Assembly: GCF_004353825.1 (NCBI RefSeq)
Contig: NZ_SMNA01000001.1
Coordinates: forward strand, 310,001-374,000
Direction of reading: 5' to 3'
DNA length: 64,000 nucleotides
Origin: Occultella glacieicola
GTDB taxonomy: Bacteria > Actinomycetota > Actinomycetes > Actinomycetales > Beutenbergiaceae
The translations under genes and the position numbers were made by a program. This document shows, piece by piece, positions 58,801 through 64,000 of this stretch. The notes below the pieces were generated by a model that was not told where the DNA came from, searched no databases, and saw only the letters and a program-made list of their open reading frames with translations. The first letter of the stretch is position 1. Every line of letters starts with the position of its first letter.

Positions 58801-58932
58801 CGTGTGCACCGCCTCTGACTGTCAGCCGCCCCCGGGGGGCGGGGAGCATGGGAGCGAGTCTCACCCTACAACGCGGCGTGGCGGTGGAAGGCCCGCTGTG
58901 ATGGACCGGGCTGCCCATCGGGATCCGTCCGG

Positions 58933-61704
58933 TCAGAGCGCGTTGTGCTTCTGCAGGTACCGCAGCGCGGCCCACCCGAGCGGCACCCGGATCCAGAACG
59001 TCAGCACCCGGAACAGGACCGCGGCGGAGGCGGCCGTCGCGGTGGCGATGCCGGCGGTCCGCAGCCCGGTGGAGAGGGCGAACTCCACGGTGCCGATGCC
59101 GCCCGGGGTGGGCACCGCGGACCCGACGGCGGTACCCGTCAGGTAGATGATCGCCAGCGTCGTGGCCGGCAGGGTCTCGCCGAACGCGGCCAGGGCCGCG
59201 GCGAACGACGCCAGGTAGCCGAGCGTCTGCACCAGGTTGCCCCCGAGGGCGATCGCGAGACGGTGCGGCTGACCCACCACCCAGACCAGCCGCGGCCAGA
59301 CCTGCCGCAGGGTGGGGGTGATCTTCGCGATCACCCAGCGGCGCAGGGCCGGGACCGCGAACGCGACCCCGACCACCAGGGCGAGCGCACCCCCGATGAT
59401 CAGCACGGCTCCGGACGGGAAGCCCTGCAGCGCCCCGGAACTGCCGGTCAGCAGCGCGATCGCGATCAGCAGGAGCACCGTGGTCACGAACTGGGACACC
59501 TGCAGCAGGGCCACCGTGGCCAGCGCCACCGGCGTCTCGAGACCGCGTTTCTGCATGTACCGCAGGTTGAGCGCCGCCGGACCCACCCCGGCCGGGGCCA
59601 CCAGGGTCACCACGGAGGCGGCGACCTGCACCAGGGTGGTGCGCCAGAGTCCGAGCTTCTCGGGGGAGAACCCGACCAGGCCCATCGCGGAGCCGACGTA
59701 GGTGATCAGGCCGAGGGCGAACGCCACGATCATCCAGACCGGGTTCGCGTCGCTGATGACCTGGGCGATCTCCTGGAAGTTCAGGGTGGTCAGCAGCGCC
59801 CAGCCCGCCACCACCGCGATGGTCAGGGTGATCACCGTGCGGGCGCTGAACCTGGAGAGCTGGATCGGCTCGACGATGCCCGCCGTCGGGATGAACTCCA
59901 CGAGGTGGGCTCGCAGCGCCGTCATCCCGGCCTTGTCGGCGCGGGCCTCGGCCCGGGTCTGGATCGGCAGGGCGACCGGCTGCAGCAGCGGTGCGATCTC
60001 CGTGAGCTGTTCGATGGAGATGACCCGGGCGGCGGCCGCGATCGCGCGCTCCGGGCCGACCCGCAGGGAGAGCAGGGTGAGGAGTTGCGTACGGTCGACG
60101 CGCCGGGCCAGCGAGCTCGACGCGATCTCCCCCTCCTCCCAGCCGTTCAGCCAGACCTCGCCCGCGAACGGACCGTCGGCCTCGCCGATGATCAGGGAGT
60201 CGGCGGTGAGGTTGCGGTGCGCGAGGCCGGCCTTGTGGGCGATCCGGAGCTGCTCCCACGCGTTCACCATGACCTCGTCGGTGAGCGCGTCGGCCGGGAG
60301 GTCGGAGAGCTGCCGGGCGTGGCCGACGTGCTCGCCGAGCAGCAGCACGGAGTCCTCGGTCTCGGCGATACCGCGCAGGCGCGGGCTGTTCACCCCGGCG
60401 GCGTTCGCCGCGTAGTACATGAGGGCCGCGCGCTCGGCGGCCTGCCGCAGCGAGACGGCGGTCCGGCGGGCGAGCCCCCGGCGCACGATCGTGGAGATGA
60501 CGGCGCTGAGCATGCCGATCACCTGACGGTCGCCGTCGAGCACGACGGCATCCCAGCGCACGTTGTCGGAGTCGATGACGGCGTACATCCGGTTCGCGCC
60601 CTCGCGCTCGTTCGCGACGGTGGCGGACTCCGGCAACTGGGCGAGCAGGTTCGTCTCGGTGTCGCTCGGGCCGGCCGGGGCGAACGCAGCAGGTTCGTCC
60701 GGTCGGGCGGGGTCGCCGGGCGGGTCGGCGACGGCGGAGGTCACCCGGGTGGACTCGTCCGGTGCGGTAGGGGTGTCGGTGGGTCCCCCATGGACGGTAT
60801 GGTCCGTCGGCGCCGCCGCGGCGCCGGCCGGCCACGACGAGGGCGCGTCGGCGAACTCGGTGGGTGCGGCGAACGTCGGCGCCGTGTACCCAATCGGCCC
60901 GGACGCCTGGACCACGTCCTGACGCAGGTCCTCGGCGAGCGTGGAGTCACCGATCCGGATCACCCGGACCGGGTCCACGCCGGCCCGCCGGATGCCCTCG
61001 ACGAGTTCGAGCCCGTGGGCGCGCTGGCTCAGCACTCCGGACAGGTACCGCATGCCCAGGCCCGCGGCGCGCCCGATGAGCACGGAGACGATCGCCGCCA
61101 CGAGGGTCGCGGTCCCGGTGATCACCGTGACGATCAGGACGAACCAGAGCAGGTTCCACGAGATCCGCACCACGCGGCGCCGGTCACGTGTTCCGACCGC
61201 GGTCAGGAACGCGGCCAGCGCCGCGGCCGGCGCGGAGATGGTGATCACCCAGGCGCCCTCCTGGAACCGGAGCAGCGAGCGGGCCAGGGCGTTCGTGGCG
61301 AACGTGTCCAGGAGCCAGATCGCGGCGAGGGCCACGACGTAGCCGATCGCCGCGGCCGCGACCGCGTCCAGGACGGCCCGGACGTTGCGCCGGGCCAGTT
61401 GCTCGATCACGACGATGATCGGCAGCACGAGGATGAGCAGGCCCTCGATCACGTTCACCGGGACCAGCAGGATGGTGCGGACCACCCGGGCCAGGGCGGA
61501 CTGCACGTCCTCGGTCACCCCGGTGGTGGTGGCGTAGGCGTACACGGCCAGCACCAGCACGACCGCGATGCCCAGCAGCGAGACCAGCATCAGGACCAGG
61601 TCGACGGGACGCCGCACCCGGGTGAGCGGGATGTCCAGGATCCGCACCTGTCGAGCCGGCCCCCTCGGGGTCACCGGCTCTGCGGAATCGGTGGACATGT
61701 CCAC
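58933..61704 (-). CDS. Integral membrane protein: TM region + kinase-like domain + lysylphosphatidylglycerol-synthase-TM (flippase-like) domain
   Basis: AHKAGLAHRNL kinase-like loop; APAGVG.AALN.RY, VPTPGGIGTVE, FRVLTFW. Confidence 0.8.
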   Translation of the reverse strand: MDMSTDSAEPVTPRGPARQVRILDIPLTRVRRPVDLVLMLVSLLGIAVVLVLAVYAYATTTGVTEDVQSALARVVRTILLVPVNVIEGLLILVLPIIVVIEQLARRNVRAVLDAVAAAAIGYVVALAAIWLLDTFATNALARSLLRFQEGAWVITISAPAAALAAFLTAVGTRDRRRVVRISWNLLWFVLIVTVITGTATLVAAIVSVLIGRAAGLGMRYLSGVLSQRAHGLELVEGIRRAGVDPVRVIRIGDSTLAEDLRQDVVQASGPIGYTAPTFAAPTEFADAPSSWPAGAAAAPTDHTVHGGPTDTPTAPDESTRVTSAVADPPGDPARPDEPAAFAPAGPSDTETNLLAQLPESATVANEREGANRMYAVIDSDNVRWDAVVLDGDRQVIGMLSAVISTIVRRGLARRTAVSLRQAAERAALMYYAANAAGVNSPRLRGIAETEDSVLLLGEHVGHARQLSDLPADALTDEVMVNAWEQLRIAHKAGLAHRNLTADSLIIGEADGPFAGEVWLNGWEEGEIASSSLARRVDRTQLLTLLSLRVGPERAIAAAARVISIEQLTEIAPLLQPVALPIQTRAEARADKAGMTALRAHLVEFIPTAGIVEPIQLSRFSARTVITLTIAVVAGWALLTTLNFQEIAQVISDANPVWMIVAFALGLITYVGSAMGLVGFSPEKLGLWRTTLVQVAASVVTLVAPAGVGPAALNLRYMQKRGLETPVALATVALLQVSQFVTTVLLLIAIALLTGSSGALQGFPSGAVLIIGGALALVVGVAFAVPALRRWVIAKITPTLRQVWPRLVWVVGQPHRLAIALGGNLVQTLGYLASFAAALAAFGETLPATTLAIIYLTGTAVGSAVPTPGGIGTVEFALSTGLRTAGIATATAASAAVLFRVLTFWIRVPLGWAALRYLQKHNAL

Positions 61705-61776
61705 GATCCTAGGTGAGAGCCTCCCTGCGGCCGCAGGTGTGTCCAGGCGCGGCGCGGCCGAGGATTCGGGGGGTGC

Positions 61777-62598
61777 TCAGGTCATGCCGAGCGCGGCCAG
61801 CCAGGCGACCGGGAGCAGGGCGTAGCCCACGAAGCCCACGACATCGATCAGCGTATGCGCGATCACCAGCGGCATCACGCGCCGTCGGCCCCACCGCGAG
61901 CAGTAGAACAAGCCGAAGACGACGCCCATGATGACGTTCCCGAAGAACGGCCCCCAGCCCTGGTACAGGTGGTAGGAGCCGCGGATGAGTGCGGAGACCA
62001 CGATGATCGACCACAGCCGCCAGCGCTTCTCACGCAACCGCTCGAACAGGTACCCGACCACGAGGACCTCCTCAAGGAGACCGTTCTTGAGGGCGGCGAG
62101 GATCAGGATCGGGACCGCCCACCAGTACGGGTCGAGGGCCGAGGCCTGGACCGAGACGGTGATGCCGAGGGCGCGTCCGGCCAGGTACAGCCCGAGCCCG
62201 GGGATGCCGATGATCGCTCCGAGGGCCAGGCCCCAGCCGAAGTCTCGACCGGGCCGGCTCAGGTCGAGGCCGATCCGCCGGAACGGGTTGCGGCCGGTGT
62301 CGCTGAGCAGATAGAGCGCGAGGGCGACCGGGATCAGCGCGAACGTCAGGGAGAGCACCTGGTAGAGCAGATCCCAGTAGGGCCGCTCGGACAGCGGCGG
62401 GTTGAGGGTGGCGGTCTGGTCCCCGAGGGGGCCGCGGGTGAGGCGGTCGAGGATGTTCACCACGGCATAGACGCCGGACCTGCCCAGGGACAGACCCATG
62501 ACGATCCAGATCTCGACGGTCAGGCGTCGGGACCGGGCCCTGGCCGACGGCGCGGGTGCGGTCAGGGAGGGTGTCTCCGGTTCGCCCTGGGTCGCCAT
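61777..62598 (-). CDS. CPBP family intramembrane metalloprotease
   Basis: LEEVLVVGY, GSYHLYQG, PLVIAH..D. Confidence 0.88.
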   Translation of the reverse strand: MATQGEPETPSLTAPAPSARARSRRLTVEIWIVMGLSLGRSGVYAVVNILDRLTRGPLGDQTATLNPPLSERPYWDLLYQVLSLTFALIPVALALYLLSDTGRNPFRRIGLDLSRPGRDFGWGLALGAIIGIPGLGLYLAGRALGITVSVQASALDPYWWAVPILILAALKNGLLEEVLVVGYLFERLREKRWRLWSIIVVSALIRGSYHLYQGWGPFFGNVIMGVVFGLFYCSRWGRRRVMPLVIAHTLIDVVGFVGYALLPVAWLAALGMT

Positions 62599-62636
62599 AC
62601 GCCGGTTATAGCGCATCCACCTGCGCCGCAGCAGGC

Positions 62637-62680
62637 GTCAAGAACGATTGACGCACCTGGCACCGTCAATGTAAATTGAC
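62637..62680. promoter_or_regulatory. Two GTCAA-N6-TTGAC palindromes (probable operators of the small HTH protein)
   Basis: GTCAAGAACGATTGAC (62637-62652) and GTCAATGTAAATTGAC (62665-62680). Confidence 0.7.
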
Positions 62681-62684
62681 GGAT

Positions 62685-62936
62685 ATGAACGACTCGGAGG
62701 TGAGGTCGATGAGTGCCCTGTCCGCCGCTGCCGAGGACGACGGCGACATCTTCGCCGGGCTCGCGGCGCTCGTGGAACTACGCCACCGGGCCGATGCCCG
62801 CGAGGCGGTGCTCGTCCGCCGGGCCCGCAGCGAGGGGCTGACCTGGGCCGAGATCGCGGTCCTGCTCGGGGTCTCCAAGCAGGCCGTGCACAAGAAGTAC
62901 GGCGGCTCGCGGTTCGAACGGCGGGGGCCCGCGTAG
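62685..62936 (+). CDS. Small HTH DNA-binding protein
   Basis: VRRARSEGLTWAEIAVLLGVSKQAVHKKY. Confidence 0.8.
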   Translation: MNDSEVRSMSALSAAAEDDGDIFAGLAALVELRHRADAREAVLVRRARSEGLTWAEIAVLLGVSKQAVHKKYGGSRFERRGPA

Positions 62937-63078
62937 GTCGGCCTGCCGACGCGGCCAGGCCAACGGTCCGGAGCGACTCCACCGGTGAGGCAGACACTTC
63001 CGTCTGAAGAAGAACGTTCCATGGTGCTGATCGGACGGGAGGTTCTGCCTGACGACGGGAGGCTATGGCTCGCGCGGG

Positions 63079-63699
63079 TCAGCCCGCGGGAACGGCGTGC
63101 CCGCCGGTGAGGTCGACGAGGCGCGCCGCGACCAGGTCGAGATCGGCTCGGGCCGCCTCCCGGTCACGGGTGGGCAGCATGTCACCCCAGTGCGACAGGA
63201 ACGTGCCGCGCAGTTGCAGCATTCCGGTAGGTCGCGCGAACAGCCACCAGTGCAGGTGCTCCTGGCCGTCGCCCCACCGGGCCACCTGGATCCGTGGTAC
63301 GTCGAGGACATCGCAGGCGGCCCGCTCGATCGCGGTCAACAGCTCGCCCATCCGCGCGGCGGTGGCCGGTCGGAGGTCGCGCAGGTCGGCATGCGCACGG
63401 GGCATCAGGAATGCGCCGAAGGGGAGGGACTGGGCCGCTTGGGGGACGCCGAGAAAGGCGTGCTCGTCGTGCCAGATCACATACGAGGGATCGAGGTGCG
63501 CAGCCGCAGCGCACATGAAGCAGTCCGCGCCGCCGGCGCCCTGACGGGTGGGCTCCTCGGCGGGTTCGACGATGGCGCGAGGCCGCAACTCGCCCTCGAA
63601 CGGCCAACTCGGCCAGTCCGCCCAGCCGAGCTCGCGGTATCCGGTCGCCTCGATCGTGGCACTCACACGCCGGAACCACTGCGCCGCCGACTCCGTCAC
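63079..63699 (-). CDS. HIT-like hypothetical protein
   Basis: DCFMC, PRAHADL, RWGDGQEHLHWW..RP. Confidence 0.65.
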   Translation of the reverse strand: MTESAAQWFRRVSATIEATGYRELGWADWPSWPFEGELRPRAIVEPAEEPTRQGAGGADCFMCAAAAHLDPSYVIWHDEHAFLGVPQAAQSLPFGAFLMPRAHADLRDLRPATAARMGELLTAIERAACDVLDVPRIQVARWGDGQEHLHWWLFARPTGMLQLRGTFLSHWGDMLPTRDREAARADLDLVAARLVDLTGGHAVPAG

Positions 63700-63720
63700 G
63701 GCTCTCGCGCTCCCTCCGGC

Positions 63721-64000
63721 TCAGCGCTTCTCGATCAGGCCGACGACCTCGCAGGCGTAGTGCTGGGACGCCGTCATGGAACCACGGAACCACAGCACGG
63801 CGCGGGTGTCGGGGTCGCCCGGGACCACGATCGGGCGCAGGTTGTCGACGTCGGAGTTCTCGGTGACCGGCGTCCAGTCCCAGGACGCACCGCCGTCGGT
63901 GGTCCGGCCGTGGAAGATCTCGTGGTGGTCGAGCGCCGAGTCGTCGCGCGGGTCGATCGGGGTGGAGGCGTAGACCGAGTCCAGGTCGTAGGGGTCGATC
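63721..64000 (-). CDS. C-terminus of a BNR/Asp-box repeat protein (5' part outside window)
   Basis: Manual translation ...HHEIFHGRTTDGGASWDWTPVTENSDVDNLRPIV..VLWFRG..VVGLIEKR*. Confidence 0.65.
   Translation of the reverse strand, partial: IDPYDLDSVYASTPIDPRDDSALDHHEIFHGRTTDGGASWDWTPVTENSDVDNLRPIVVPGDPDTRAVLWFRGSMTASQHYACEVVGLIEKR

Overview
High-GC actinobacterial chromosomal window (gene content suggests Micrococcales; inference) with about 55 CDS and no rRNA, tRNA, CRISPR array or transposase. Recognisable content: rifampin monooxygenase (rox, cut by the left edge), mntH with an upstream palindrome, lpdA, WYL/MerR/TetR/MarR regulators with candidate operators, two paralogous large LuxR modules, AlkZ-like and AlkA-like glycosylases, recC-recB-recD, an ECF sigma-ogt pair and furA-katA with an ankyrin protein. 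Three loci stand out. (1) 20844-23633: an exported Pro/Val-repeat protein ending ...PGFAPD. An RNA stem starting just after its stop codon pairs with the SD of a secreted acidic protein made of five ~90-aa repeats that look like very long beta-hairpins. This is a candidate export-coupled leader plus a novel beta-barrel or fibre protein. (2) 45106-53712: a DtxR/IdeR-boxed HmuTUV heme transporter followed by two paralogous divergent HtaA-like proteins, a WxL-like domain and a DUF916-like partner, i.e. a candidate iron-regulated WxL surface assembly. (3) 27875-29344: a His/Cys/Met-rich membrane protein ending RRGPP upstream of copC, a candidate copper-responsive arrest leader. A dispersed palindromic repeat family is also visible. 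All family calls come from manual motif recognition, not database searches.
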